A DNA stretch of 64,000 bases from Eledone cirrhosa. Lineage: Eukaryota. Below are positions 48,101 to 64,000 of the stretch, in pieces; position 1 is the stretch's first letter; the number at the start of each line of letters is the position of its first letter. A program made the translations under genes and the position numbers. The notes beneath the pieces are model-generated. The model saw nothing but the letters and a program-made list of their open reading frames with translations. It did no database searches and had not been told where the DNA came from. The stretch lies in contig OZ024743.1 in the NCBI GenBank assembly GCA_964016885.1, positions 88,536,001 to 88,600,000 on the forward strand. Reading direction: 5' to 3'.

Positions 48101-50364
48101 GATGCAGAACATGCAAAACATGTATATGATGCAACAACAGCAACTGCAGAACGCACCAATTGTCAGTCTACGTTCACCAGATATACACAATATTGCACAA
48201 AGAGTTAAAGCATTAGTAAGTTTCTCGTTTTATTTATTCTTTAGTTGGTACAATTCCTGCACACTCTGTTGCTGGCATATGGTGTACCTTATAACACAGT
48301 GTACTATGTGGTGTACCTTAGAACACACTGTACTATGTGCTGTACCTTATAACACACTGTACTATGTGCTGTACCTTATAACACACTGTACTATGTGCTG
48401 TACCTTATAACACAGTGTACCATGTGCTGTACCTTATAACACAGTGTACCACGTGGTGCACCTTATATGTGTTCCATGTGGTGCATCTTATATAAGTGTA
48501 CCATGTGGTGTATCATATATAACACAACGTACCATGTGGTGTACCTTATATATAGCAGTGTACCATGTGGTGTACCTTATAATAACTGTACCATGTGGTG
48601 TACACTATATATATAGTGCATTTTGTATATGGCAGTGTGACATGTATCACAGTGTTACATGGTGCACTTTATATAAAAGACTACCATGTGGTGTAGATTA
48701 TATATATAGTGTACACTATATATGGCTCAGTGTGACATATGGTGTACCTTATATATGGCATGTTTTCTAGCTGTGTTTCATATGGTCATCTAAGATAACC
48801 TCACTGTAAATGGAATGATGTGAAATATTTTATGAAGATTGAAACCAAATAAATCTATTAACATTTGCCAAACTATTTTCTTTCCACAGTATCCAAATCT
48901 CACCCATGATCAGTTCCAAATGAAAGTTCATGAAGTCATGCGAGCCCAAATAAATCAACAAATAGACATGCAGCAAAGACAGGTAAGGTCACACACAGCT
49001 TATACATAACATCATCATCATCACATTTTATGTTAGCTTTTACATGCTTCCATGGGTTGGTTGTGTAATTTTTATCACACCATATCGCTCCACTCACAGC
49101 ATTACTTCGTCATCTCCATTAGCATCTGCTCTCACCTCCACTGGGATTTCTAGGCAATTTTTCACACAGTGGTCATTATCCATGAGCATCACATGTCCTC
49201 TATCTTGCATACTACATATGATACCTCTTTATACCTAATTTTCCTTGTTCATCCATAAATTATATATACTGGTGCCTCAACATAAAGCACCCAGTCCATT
49301 TTGTATGATGATTGTACTGGTGCCATGACAAAAGCCTCCAGTCCACCTTGTAAGGTCGTTATTTTAGTGTCATGACAAAAAGCACCTAGTTCGCTTTGTA
49401 AGGTGGTTGTACTTGTGTCAAGACAAAAAGCACCCAGTCTACCCTGAAAAGTGATTGTACTAGTGCCACGTCAAAAAGCACCCAGTCCATCCTGTAGAGT
49501 GGTTGTACTAGTGTTAAGACAAAAAGCACCCGGTTAACCTGTAAAGTGGCTGGTGTTTGAAAGGTGTTTTAATTGTAGAAAACCAAGCCAAAAATGGAAC
49601 ATGAGCAGGACATGGTCACTTGACTTGTCTGGTATCAGAACAGGACAACCTGTCTCATACAAAAATGGAAAATAAATGTTAAACAGTAATAATGATGATA
49701 TCATACACTCTGTAAAATGGTATTAGGAAAGGCATCCAACCATATAAACCATATCAAAATATGGGAACATATAAACATGAGTTGGTTCCCAACCAATCTT
49801 GTGTCTGATCGTAAAATGAGGACTGCTATATTTTCTGGTTTCAAAGATGCTCTTACATAAATGCATCTCTAGTTTGAAAAATAAGATAATTTCAACATAA
49901 TGACAGACAATCTATGGCATCCAAGATGCACAACAAATTCTCCAGACCTTTCCAGAGAAATATGGTATATGTATGGGTGTGTATGTCTATATATACACAT
50001 AGGTATGTAAGTGTATTATATAATATAATGTTTATATGTATGTATAATACATGGCACATATATAGAACTGTAATTACTAGCAGTGTAGTCTTTTGTTGTA
50101 AATTAATATTATGTTGTTTGTGGTGTCTTGCAGGTCCAGGAACAATTGAAGAGGGAAATGGCCAGAAACAGACAGATGAAGGCACAAATTGCCCGTCAGT
50201 TTGATCAGTATCAATCTCAACAAGGAATGGTAAACCCATCAATGGTTCATGGTACCAATGTGATGCCAACACAGGGAGGGTCAATGGCTGGTGATAATAT
50301 AAACGCAGCTTCAGCAGTCGCCAATCAACAACTGATGAACATGCTACAACATGGAACTCAGTAA
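1495..50364 (+). CDS. ATRX: Transcriptional regulator ATRX (ADD + SNF2 chromatin remodeler), spliced, 31 coding exons, about 2346 aa
   Basis: join(1495-1506,4649-4683,9898-10085,10785-10856,13496-13611,15098-15281,16790-19225,19959-20261,21142-21233,21946-22087,23066-23216,25663-25930,26591-26749,26916-27060,27289-27398,28480-28617,30234-30411,31201-31338,32556-32731,33853-34089,36036-36226,37226-37293,37568-37727,41611-41755,42959-43110,44425-44602,45492-45677,46727-46892,48025-48215,48890-48982,50134-50364). All introns are GT-AG with compatible phases (7041 nt). ADD motifs [13 protein letters not shown], Walker [14 protein letters not shown], Walker B DEGH, helicase-C [11 protein letters not shown] and [11 protein letters not shown]. 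Confidence 0.95.
3450..3592 (-). mobile_element. Nin/Deu-like SINE copy
   Basis: Matches the family; further degenerate copies near 2625, 16530, 29695, 30490, 42645 and 47010. Confidence 0.75.
4649..4683 (+). CDS. ATRX: ATRX small exon ([11 protein letters not shown])
   Basis: Poly-T tract + TAG acceptor, gtaatt donor, phase 0 to 2. Confidence 0.55.
6667..7080 (-). mobile_element. RTE-type 3' tail or SINE fragment
   Basis: (CAT)n run followed by ctggatgcccttcctaacaccaac, shared with the RTE 3' UTR. Confidence 0.6.
7081..8170 (+). mobile_element. Degenerate RTE LINE fragment
   Basis: Frameshifted remnants of [21 protein letters not shown] and KKFRELL, plus 3' UTR repeats. Confidence 0.8.
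9186..9652. repeat. 48-bp minisatellite derived from the RTE 3' UTR
   Basis: Unit GGCACCAGCACAACCACCTTACAGAATGGACTGGGTGCTTTTTGTTGT; related arrays at about 12975-13240 and 49280-49545. Confidence 0.9.
9898..10085 (+). CDS. ATRX: ATRX N-terminal exon ([12 protein letters not shown]...CHSSE)
   Basis: ttttcag acceptor, open frame, G|gtaag donor, phase 2 to 1. Confidence 0.7.
10526..10823. repeat. Three tandem copies of a 97/98-bp unit spanning an ATRX acceptor
   Basis: Near-identical copies, differing only in the T tract. Confidence 0.95.
10785..10856 (+). CDS. ATRX: ATRX exon ([23 protein letters not shown])
   Basis: Third copy of a triplicated acceptor; the only copy that reads through to the gtaagt donor; phase 1 to 1. 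Confidence 0.7.
10876..11612 (-). mobile_element. RTE LINE 3' fragment, same family as 38323-40070
   Basis: [10 protein letters not shown]...RLRWYGHV...GRPKMTW, near-identical 3' UTR and (TGA)n tail. Confidence 0.9.
11811..12142 (+). mobile_element. tRNA-head CORE-like SINE with RTE-derived tail
   Basis: A box TGGCTTAGTGG, B box GAGTTCAATTC, CORE-like TTCCTTGAGCAAGATACTT, tail matching the RTE 3' UTR and (TGA)n. Confidence 0.8.
13496..13611 (+). CDS. ATRX: ATRX ADD domain exon, GATA-like finger
   Basis: [31 protein letters not shown], flanked by ttcag and gtaagt. Confidence 0.93.
15098..15281 (+). CDS. ATRX: ATRX ADD domain exon, PHD finger
   Basis: KCYKYY...[33 protein letters not shown]. 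Confidence 0.95.
16790..19225 (+). CDS. ATRX: ATRX giant exon (end of [11 protein letters not shown], then K/E/D/S-rich region)
   Basis: 2436-nt open frame containing the 785-aa ORF; tgtag acceptor, gttagt donor. Confidence 0.93.
19959..20261 (+). CDS. ATRX: ATRX exon
   Basis: K/R/E-rich open frame, ttttag and gtttgt, phase 1 to 1. Confidence 0.8.
21142..21233 (+). CDS. ATRX: ATRX exon
   Basis: [30 protein letters not shown], gtaagt donor. Confidence 0.75.
21946..22087 (+). CDS. ATRX: ATRX exon (NAGNAG acceptor)
   Basis: tacag|CAG|GAT tandem acceptor, acidic open frame, phase 0 to 1. Confidence 0.75.
23066..23216 (+). CDS. ATRX: ATRX exon
   Basis: KKRKRSDK...[11 protein letters not shown], gtaagt donor. 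Confidence 0.8.
23755..25555. repeat. Minisatellite, about 28-bp unit CACAAACACTATCATACCCAACTCAAAT (23/26/28-bp variants)
   Basis: 1.8-kb tandem array read directly. Confidence 0.97.
25663..25930 (+). CDS. ATRX: ATRX exon (acidic tract, [16 protein letters not shown])
   Basis: Open frame resembling the ATRX RSYK..KRRRIK segment; gtaagt donor. Confidence 0.88.
26591..26749 (+). CDS. ATRX: ATRX exon ([13 protein letters not shown]...EEERRKRV)
   Basis: Conserved pre-helicase segment, canonical splice sites. Confidence 0.9.
26916..27060 (+). CDS. ATRX: ATRX exon ([10 protein letters not shown]...KLKPHQVEG)
   Basis: SNF2 Q-motif LKPHQ. Confidence 0.93.
27289..27398 (+). CDS. ATRX: ATRX exon, helicase motif I
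   Basis: GVQFMFDCC...[16 protein letters not shown]. Confidence 0.95.
28145..28435 (-). mobile_element. 3' fragment of a second RTE-like family
   Basis: [19 protein letters not shown]; homologous pieces at about 5760-6050(-), 15555-15845(+), 20630-20985(+) and 54115-54325(-). Confidence 0.7.
28480..28617 (+). CDS. ATRX: ATRX exon, motif Ia
   Basis: [19 protein letters not shown]. Confidence 0.95.
29088..29285 (-). mobile_element. Fragment of a CRE-like (restriction-like endonuclease) non-LTR retrotransposon C-terminus
   Basis: GC-rich island translating [22 protein letters not shown], resembling the QRxSxxxxRGNAxSIL terminus; homologous piece at about 63410-63460. Confidence 0.5.
29931..30158. 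mobile_element. piggyBac-type MITE
   Basis: 13-bp TIR CCCTTTAGCATTT with TTAA on both sides. Confidence 0.85.
30234..30411 (+). CDS. ATRX: ATRX exon
   Basis: [18 protein letters not shown]. Confidence 0.95.
30860..31145 (+). mobile_element. 3' fragment of another non-LTR (RTE-like) element
   Basis: Remnants resembling YGHV...GR..RTW, ending in a gat-rich tail. Confidence 0.5.
31201..31338 (+). CDS. ATRX: ATRX exon, motifs II and III
   Basis: [14 protein letters not shown]...[14 protein letters not shown]. Confidence 0.96.
31495..31895. repeat. Degenerate tandem repeat, about 75-80 bp
   Basis: Recurrent gattt(g/a)aagaaa(t/c)(g/a)ttat(t/c)tcaaaactgg...aaaataga motif. Confidence 0.65.
32556..32731 (+). 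CDS. ATRX: ATRX exon
   Basis: [32 protein letters not shown]. Confidence 0.95.
33333..33525. mobile_element. piggyBac-type MITE, same family
   Basis: cctttagcatttaaactggcc...aaatgctaaagga-ttaa, shared internal sequence. Confidence 0.75.
33853..34089 (+). CDS. ATRX: ATRX exon
   Basis: [18 protein letters not shown]...[16 protein letters not shown]. Confidence 0.95.
34378..35345. repeat. G-rich 30-bp minisatellite GAGACAGGGCAGCATCTAGGATGGTGGAGT
   Basis: Exact 30-bp periodicity, two unit variants. Confidence 0.97.
35685..35982. repeat. 23-bp minisatellite TATACCATATTGTTATGTTAAAC
   Basis: Tandem array directly upstream of the 36036 exon. Confidence 0.95.
36036..36226 (+). CDS. ATRX: ATRX exon
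   Basis: [14 protein letters not shown], phase 0 to 2. Confidence 0.85.
37226..37293 (+). CDS. ATRX: ATRX exon
   Basis: [14 protein letters not shown], resembling vertebrate EVIKVWNSRSRGGG. Confidence 0.85.
37568..37727 (+). CDS. ATRX: ATRX exon
   Basis: EWWSEYL...[21 protein letters not shown]. Confidence 0.93.
38323..40070 (-). mobile_element. RTE-clade LINE, 5'-truncated, young, with (TGA)n tail
   Basis: Uninterrupted ORF ([46 protein letters not shown]), 3' UTR, trinucleotide tail, candidate TSD TGTAAT at 38317-38322 and 40071-40076. Confidence 0.93.
38642..40070 (-). CDS. RTE reverse transcriptase, partial (no endonuclease), with internal PHD finger
   Basis: ORF 38642-40105 of the track; the first ~12 residues come from flanking DNA. 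Confidence 0.85.
40117..41263. repeat. 28-bp minisatellite GGTTCATCTATGTACAGTGA(C/G)TAAC(C/T)CT
   Basis: About 40 tandem units; degenerate units also at 38050-38158. Confidence 0.97.
41611..41755 (+). CDS. ATRX: ATRX exon, motif IV plus (EK)n tract
   Basis: [17 protein letters not shown]. Confidence 0.93.
42959..43110 (+). CDS. ATRX: ATRX exon
   Basis: [28 protein letters not shown]. Confidence 0.95.
43243..43907. repeat. Long inverted repeat centred on (TA)n
   Basis: Right arm is the reverse complement of the left arm with two internal deletions. Confidence 0.93.
44425..44602 (+). CDS. ATRX: ATRX exon, motifs V and VI
   Basis: [45 protein letters not shown]. Confidence 0.97.
45492..45677 (+). 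CDS. ATRX: ATRX exon
   Basis: [31 protein letters not shown]. Confidence 0.95.
46240..46685. repeat. 38/39-bp GT-rich minisatellite
   Basis: Unit GTTATATCAGGGGCTGTTGGTAGTAGTGGTGGTGAAGGT. Confidence 0.92.
46727..46892 (+). CDS. ATRX: ATRX exon
   Basis: [34 protein letters not shown]. Confidence 0.95.
48025..48215 (+). CDS. ATRX: ATRX C-terminal Q/M/N-rich exon
   Basis: acag and gtaagt, phase 1 to 0, open frame. Confidence 0.8.
48280..48755. repeat. 29-bp minisatellite, decaying towards 3'
   Basis: Unit ATAACACACTGTACTATGTGCTGTACCTT. Confidence 0.9.
48890..48982 (+). CDS. ATRX: ATRX C-terminal exon
   Basis: [31 protein letters not shown], tttccacag and gtaagg. Confidence 0.8.
50134..50364 (+). 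CDS. ATRX: ATRX last coding exon
   Basis: ttgcag acceptor, Q-rich frame ending in TAA, followed by about 2 kb of transposon-poor UTR-like sequence. Confidence 0.8.
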   Translation, partial: VQEQLKREMARNRQMKAQIARQFDQYQSQQGMVNPSMVHGTNVMPTQGGSMAGDNINAASAVANQQLMNMLQHGTQ

Positions 50365-51280
50365 ATAGGATTTGGGTGGGGACTAGAGAATTAACTCGTG
50401 TATTTCCCCCCATAAGCTGAAGCAAATATCAGTTTGTCGTCACAATCATCTACTAAATTGGTGACACTGACTGCTTCCATATAGTTTTAACGAGACTTTT
50501 CTTCAATGTCAAACCAATCTTACCATATTACTTTCCATTTGTCTCTGTCTATGTGGCATTCACTAATGCTTAGTATATGGCAGGTTGAAACTCCGACTAG
50601 ATTTACTATCTGTGAGGAAGGTCACTAAAAGGAGTGACTATAGTCAATGTACCCTCATCTACTGCTGTAATCTTTGTTACTCTGAGATAGAGTAATGCTC
50701 AGTTTACAGCAGTGCAATAGCCAAATCAATGATAACAAGGATAGAAGATTCTCTTTTTGCATCCATCATCTCATATGACGCTTTTTTCTAGATTAATTTT
50801 TTTTTTTTTTTCATAGTCAACTTTATTTCTCTCCCTAACATTAAATTTATTTTTAAAATAAAACATTATTTTAACGGTTTATAAAAGAGATTACATAATT
50901 ATAAAAAAAAACAAAAAACCCAACAAAACCAGTTGGCCCTTTCTGAACATAGAACCTCTGGATACCATCTTTTGCTAGAGTCTTCTTCCTTGTTTTCATA
51001 TTTTGGTGTGAAAAAGTGTAGCCGAGGTTTGGCTGTTTCCATCCCTGTTGCTACCTACCACTCTCTAACACTTTTTTTTTTTTTTTTTTTTGGCTTTGAA
51101 GAAAGATCCTCCCTCCCTCACTAAAAAAAAAAACAGAAAGAATCCAAGGTTACATTCTTGTGTTGTTTGCTCCTCTTCTGAGAGGAGAAAGAGAGAAACT
51201 GTTGGCCAGGAATCTCCTCTCTTTGCTGTGTGTCGGTGGTTTGTATGGGCTGCTGACACTCATGAACTGAAAACATAATT

Positions 51281-51311
<31 letters not shown>

Positions 51312-53931
51312 TGGAATGGTGGGGATATGCCCACCCCCACCAGGAAAGTTATTGATTAATATTGCAGCATCAAGGATTTATTCATTAAATTACTAAACTC
51401 TTCAAGAGACCATCGTGAATTTCCCTTGTATAAAATAATCCCGCTGTAACATATTGAAGGACCACTCAGCTTGTATGTAATGCAACTTTTCAAACTGACT
51501 GATATTAGTTAACAATCACAACATCATCAGTTGGACATTTATAATTAGTTTTGTGTGTACAAATCTTCCTGAAATCTGATATCAAGAGGACATTAAAGAC
51601 AGTGGGACACTTTGTCAATACTTGTTCACCATTTCCCCCTTGAATTTAATGAAAACCAATTTTCATCATCAAAGGGTTTGTCTTTTATTTCCTTTCATTG
51701 CCCGACTCCTCTGGAAGTTTTCTAATGTCATGAGTGATTGACTTAGGCACACTCATAATATCTTGCTACACACACGGCCAACTGTGCTGCTTCTACACAC
51801 TCCTGTTTGCTTTACAAGCCATCTTCTCTTTTAAACTACTAGAGATTCTTTATTTTTCTCAAAATATTTCTGGTTATATTTTAAACGTCTCACCATCCTT
51901 TTCTCTCCAGGAGTCTTACAAAGACTACGTAATTTTCCTTCCTGGAATAACTCATCATCTCCACACACCTCTCATAAGTAATATCCATGTATTTTTCAAC
52001 TTTTTTTAGTCTGAGTACTTAATGGTCCATTATTTATAAACTTTTGGAGATTATAGTTTTGTGAAAGCAGTCAAACCATGCTAATATTTCACTTTGGGCT
52101 GATCTAATTGTTTCCATTCTTCATTATAGGCATTTCTACTGCTGGTTGGGGGACATCACCTACTACAGCAGTAGTAGTGTTGTTAAATAAGAGTTGGGTT
52201 AGCTTTGTACTGCTTCTCTAAACTGTGCAGCTTGTTGGGTGTGACTACTTAGTTGGACCTAATTCAGCACAGATTCCAATCTCTCTAGAGCCAGCCAGAA
52301 ACATTAGAATCAATTTGGAAGCAGTTGGAGAAATGAGAGAGAATATACAGAATAAAATATTAGTTTTTTTTTTTTAAATATAGCTTTTGACTAAAGAAAA
52401 CTTGTTCTTTGATTTCTGTTGTCATTTTGTATAACATTGGTAATAAAAAAAAAGTTTGTCCTGAATTGTTAGTAGAATATATCTTGTGGGACATTGTGAT
52501 GCATTGCGCAGCCATTATATATATATATATGTGTGTGTGTTTGTGTATAAAGCTGATATTTGGCACATAACTTAACAAATGAAGTGGCTAGTATGGTTAG
52601 TCAGGAAGGTATCCTATTGTAAAACATTACCTCAAAAAGTCCCATCCAACATATACCAGCATGAAATAGTGGTGAGGGCCTTAACCTTGCAGTGCTGGTG
52701 TCATAAAATACACCTCGTACAATCTTTAAAGTAGTTGGTGTTAGGAAGAGCATCCAGCTATAGAAACTGCCAAAAAGGGGAAAATAAGGTATGAGGTCTC
52801 TCTCAAATTGGGTGAACAATAATTAATTATAAATATATGTAAATAAGATTACCAGTTGTCCGAACTTGAATGTAAATACATGCCATAAGTCTTGTCCACT
52901 AAGGGCCTCTCACTCCACACACACATTATCATCACCATTCTTCCATGCTAGTATGGGTTAGACAAGTCATATCAGGTGATCGTGTCTTTTTCTGGCTTTG
53001 TTGAATGTACTCCCTAACACCAACCATATTTACAGTGTGTACTGGTTGCATTTTGTTGAGGCCTACACAACCATTTTAGCCTGGGCTGGGCACTTTTTGT
53101 TTTGTCACCAACACAACCACTATATATATATATTCAATTGTATAAGATTCATTAAATGTAACTGATCTGTTATCAATATTTTGTTATTAGCTAACATTAA
53201 TGATTTTTAATTACCAACTCAGCTCTGGTCATAAGAAATATAACCACCCATTTTAAATCAATCTTCCAATATAATTTTATATAAGAACCTTACATTACTC
53301 TATATTTACTATTGCATTTTCGTGAAAAAGGGTTTATTTCACATATCGAATTTGAGAATACCTTAATGTAACAGAAAGAGGTGAGAATTCTGGCTGGTTT
53401 AAATACTAAAGGGTTAAGTTAATATCTTAGCATTTCTAATGAAGAATTTTGATGGATTTACTATCTGAACATTCAATGTTGCACATTAAGGCAATGAAAA
53501 GTGAGTACAGTTAGTACTTGGTTGGAATTGCGGAAAACCTATGATATTGCTCAAGTGCGATGGCAACCCAGGTGATATAGAATGCAAATTAGACTTCATT
53601 TTAACTATACCCCATAGATCTATTTTGGGAAGGTAAATATTTCTTTAATAAATGACTAAACTATGGGGTGGTGGTTTTAGATCAGCCAGATGCAGTCCTG
53701 TATGAGTGAGACGGTCACCTGACCCAACTTGCCTCTAATGGGACAAACCTGTCTAACCCATGCTAGCATGGAAAATAAACAATGATGGTGAGTTATCTGA
53801 TCAAGGTCAACAAGCCAGGTAATAGTTGATCTGATACTGACAAGAGCATGGAGTCTTCCAACACCATTGGTCAATTCTCACTATTACACACCTCAGTGAC
53901 GGGTGTAATAGTAAAACATTTTACATCTTAA

Positions 53932-54091
53932 CCCTTTAGCATATAAACCGACCAGAATTCTCTCACCTCTTTCTGATCAAACCAATGTTAAATAAGGTAT
54001 TGTTTTCAAAATAGCATCAAAATCTGATCCGATATGTGAGGTAAAGCCTTTACTGCGAAAATACAATAGTAAATAGAGTAATGCTAAAAGG
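53932..54091. mobile_element. piggyBac-type MITE, same family
   Basis: ttaa-ccctttagcat...atgctaaaagg-ttaa; an inverted copy ends at 53413. Confidence 0.75.
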
Positions 54092-56439
54092 TTAAGAGTA
54101 GTTTGCTTAGACTTAGGTTTAAGTGGGCCAAGAAGCCTTCAGACAAAAGCAACTGTCTAACTGGATTCAGTTAGATCCCCACACAAGACCACTCAGCTTA
54201 TAGATGTTATCAAACCATCTTACCCATGGTCTCTACATCAAGGCCTCTTGCTAGTTGGCTTTGCCCAGAAAATCTATCCTTAAAAATTCTAATCACATGT
54301 CTGTAGTACTCGAGCTATGAGCACTCAATGAAATTTGTTTTACTTATGATTTTATGGTATTCACAATTATAAATTACTGGTCTTCTGTGAATCTCATTCT
54401 ATAACATTGGTCACAGAATTGGGTGTAATAAAATTCAGCAGAAGTATGTGATTTAGAAAACATGCTACTCAACATTGCACTCCTGGTGGCTTTGGGAGGA
54501 TCTTTCTCACATTCTGTTGGTGCACCACTTTCTGATTGATGTTAGTGAGATCTATTTATCAGTTCTATGGCTATTTTCTATGCTTGAAAGTAGTCAACAG
54601 GTTGTCACATGCTATGGCTAAACATCTGATAACTGCAGCTGGATGCCACCCACTTCATAACATTAGCACTTTACAGAGTGGAGTAGGTGCATTTGCTCAA
54701 ATCTTGCTGACTGGACACACTAAAAAAAAAAAAATCTTTGCCTAAAAGATATAGGAAGCAGGTACTTTTGGTTAAAAGGGTTTCATCCGCTTTTCCTTGC
54801 ATGCAGGGAAAAGCAGACATAAAATGATGAAACCCTTTTAACCTAATGTGCTCCAAATTTTACCTCTAATCACATACACTTGTTAGTTTCGATATGTCCC
54901 AGTCGTTTGACAAACTGGACACCTGCATTTGAATGTGTTAAGCAATTAAATGACAATGCATGGGAGAGATAGATCTACAGAGGGACCAGCTTAAGTTATT
55001 CTGGTTGTGCTCAGTGCAGATAGGGACCGGAACAAGGTGACAAGTTTCACACAAAAATGAACTGAGAGGAAACTATCCTTGGAATATGACAGAAAGCACA
55101 ATTAACCGTCTTAATATTAAACCACCTGAAACTAAGCTTGGTTCTACGTTACAAAGCTTTAAAGTGAATATAATTTATGGTAATGTGATATGAAGACGGT
55201 TTACCATGCTATGGGTACATGAATCTACAGGATGCTCAGCTACTTGCATGAATCAATTGGAAGTCTTACACAAAGGTGGAGATTGGCTGACAGGCCACTA
55301 TTCGCATGTCGCAGTCAACCCTCTGCTATGCATCGTTTATTGAACAAGGGAGGACACCTGATGTACCTATGCCCAATCAACAAAACATCTCTTCATTGTT
55401 CTCACTACCAACAATGGACATGTAGCCACAAATGTCAACATTCCTTCTCCCTCTTGGTCATGTTTGCTCTGTAACAACAAACTACATAGGGATGCAGAGG
55501 TCCCTAGCTTTGCAGTAGGCAATAAGTGCCATGATAAAATACACCGTTACACAGAGCAGTTATGTTGAGAATCTGACAACCTTTCTTGTGCTGGCACCAC
55601 AATAACATGTGGTTGGTATTAGCCAGCATGGAAAGTGGATGTAAAACGATAATACACATCAATTAACTGGCCAGAATTTTCTCACCTCTTTTATTCAAGC
55701 CAGCCACTCATACCATTATGGTATTGTTCTCAAAATCTCAGACTGGATATTATGTGAGATAAAGCCTTTACCACGAAAATATAATAGTAATCCAAATAGA
55801 TCAAGTTTATTGACCTTCCAGACAGGCTAGGAAGGGGCCTGCATCTCATGTTCTATCGAATGCACGAGATTGACCTACAACTGAAGGGTCCTACCAACCC
55901 TTTGTTTGACAGGCTCTCTTCGGCTGGATGTCCTTCCTATCATCAACTGCATACTGGGTGTGTTTATCTTGTACATCAACACGTTTAAAACATACACAGG
56001 AATATACGACTATGTCAGTTGTATATCTCAACACATATATAGAAATTAATGATATTCCAAAAGTAAGTACCGAGTCCATACAAATTTAGATTATACACTA
56101 CTTTTTATACAGCCATTAGAACATTAGATAGAATGCTTTGTAGTATTTGTTACAGCAACTAGTGTTGAATCTCACTTCTCTGGAGCTGAATGTGTTCAGA
56201 CCAGGATGGGCACAGCTAGGTTTAAAATGTTCAAGACAAGCTGTATGGCACTATATCAGAAGTTATAGGCCTATATACACAATGTATTCATCCACAAAGA
56301 TTACCAGGGAAATATTAAAACAAGGCACTTCAGACTCTTGTGCAAAATAATTTATCTACTGAATCTACAATGAGCCTTCGAGTGAGAGACAGACCAACCT
56401 TATAACACATCTGTTACAGTCTAGTACAACAAACAACAC

Positions 56440-56495
56440 AACTTTTTTAATTCTTCCAAACTTTATTTATTCATAAATCAGTTGCTACACTCCAC
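56440..56495 (-). other. RPS3: RPS3 non-coding terminal exon with poly(A) signal
   Basis: GT 4 nt after the stop codon (56582), ttctgtcttttccag acceptor ending at 56496, overlapping AATAAA hexamers at 56462-56471; the 3' end is approximate. Confidence 0.7.
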
Positions 56496-56586
56496 CTGGA
56501 AAAGACAGAAAGTACACATCAGTCACAATATCTAGAATAATATTAGAACATACAAATGATAAACTAAGGAAACAATATATACTTTT

Positions 56587-62648
<6,062 letters not shown>

Positions 62649-62659
62649 CTTTAATGTAA

Positions 62660-62702
62660 AGACTAAAAAGACATAGCCTCGAAGTGAATACGACTTCCTG
62701 CT
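62660..62702 (-). promoter_or_regulatory. RPS3 core promoter: TCT initiator/5'TOP tract and ETS(GABP)-like site
   Basis: Minus strand TCTTTTTAGTCTTT about 22 nt upstream of the ATG (putative +1 C at 62670), with CAGGAAGT at 62693-62700; typical of metazoan ribosomal protein promoters. Confidence 0.65.
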
Positions 62703-64000
62703 TATTGAAATTTATGAACCAAGTTATAAATTATTAAAGTTAGTTAATTTATTTTAAAACTAAATTTAGATTATTTAAAATAAAAAAATAAATATTAAAT
62801 ATCACTGTAATAAAAAATAATATATTTGTTCGGCATGTTTGCCTGTAATTTAGTTCCGGTTGATGTCAAAGTTGAGGTCAAACATCTGACAGATTACTTT
62901 CATTTCATTCCACTCACTGACTGACACAGTTTTTATAGATAGAGAGAGTTGTTTATATATAAAAAAAATAACAACTGAAAGGTTTTATGAAAACGTGGTA
63001 ACTGATGTCGCTTTTGTGTCTATCTTCGGCAATTGATTTTCTTGTGTATATGTACAAATATATTTCCGTAAAAGATAATATCAATGTTTATAGGAAGAGG
63101 GGAATTGAAAACAATTATAAAACATGAGAAAAACTATTTAATCATCACTACCACAATAATACGAGCCCGGACAATGTGGGAACAATCTCTAGCCGTTTCG
63201 TGGTGTCAGTGGACAGTGAGTGATAAAGTGTTTGTTACGGTAGAGCAAGGTTTCCTTAACTTTTTCAAACACGGAACCCTTTTTGGATCAGAAAATTTTG
63301 GGGGAACCCCAAACTCTCATACTGTTATATGGTCGTGATATAAATATACTCCTCTGCTTTTTTTCACGGAACCCCAAACACTCATTTGCGGAACCCATTT
63401 TAGGAACAACTGCCTTAGAGGATAGTGAGGGAGACGTGTTGGAATAGCCATTCCGGCACTACAACGTCAATGATTAGCTTTGTAGAAAAATGAAGGCAGA
63501 AAGTGGGTGGAAAAACCATTCACAAAGGTAGTCATTTTTAATTGCAGTGGAAATCATATTTGTTGTTAATATGCTAAAAAAATAGTCAATTGCAAGCATT
63601 TTGGAGGTCGGATTAGTTGATAGGACATAAAAAACAAAGGAAAACAAATATTGTCTATATGTTCCTGTGGAAAGTCGGGTCTTCTGTATTACTGTGTTAC
63701 GCCAGACGTCATGGTCGTGTGTCATTGCCCTTGAGAGGTGCAATTGGGAAAGGTCGGCTTAGAAATATTTACATCTGCGTTTACAGATTGATTTTTTTTT
63801 AGTTTCAGAAGATCCTGTACAGCCACCGAAAATAACAGCTGTGAAATATACAGCGCCATCTACCTGTTAGCTAGCTACTCAATGCGAAACAAAAGAAGCC
63901 TTAGAACCTACCAGAATTAGAACCTACTAGAATTAGAACCTACCAGAATAAACGCCTACACATCGACTAAACAACAAAGGATTGTTCCTGTATAAATAGA

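Overview
AT-rich, repeat-dense eukaryotic DNA. The repeat landscape suggests a coleoid cephalopod, probably an octopod (inference). Two convergent protein-coding genes are present. (1) ATRX on the + strand: I reconstructed 31 coding exons by hand from 1495 to 50364 with consistent intron phases (about 2,346 aa). They encode an ADD domain, a 2.4-kb low-complexity exon with a DAXX-binding-like motif, a SNF2 ATPase/helicase and a Q/M/N-rich tail. The first three coding exons are less certain. (2) RPS3 on the - strand: 5 coding exons at 62648-56587 (241 aa), a TCT/5'TOP promoter and a non-coding last exon. The introns carry a 5'-truncated RTE LINE with an open ORF, older RTE fragments, tRNA-derived Nin/Deu-type and CORE-type SINEs, a decayed 2.4-kb piggyBac with a related MITE family, CRE-like fragments and several minisatellites. 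The most notable observations are a complete C4HC3 PHD finger embedded inside the RTE reverse-transcriptase domain, repeated tandem duplications across splice sites in both genes, a 660-bp fold-back palindrome and a four-level nested insertion.
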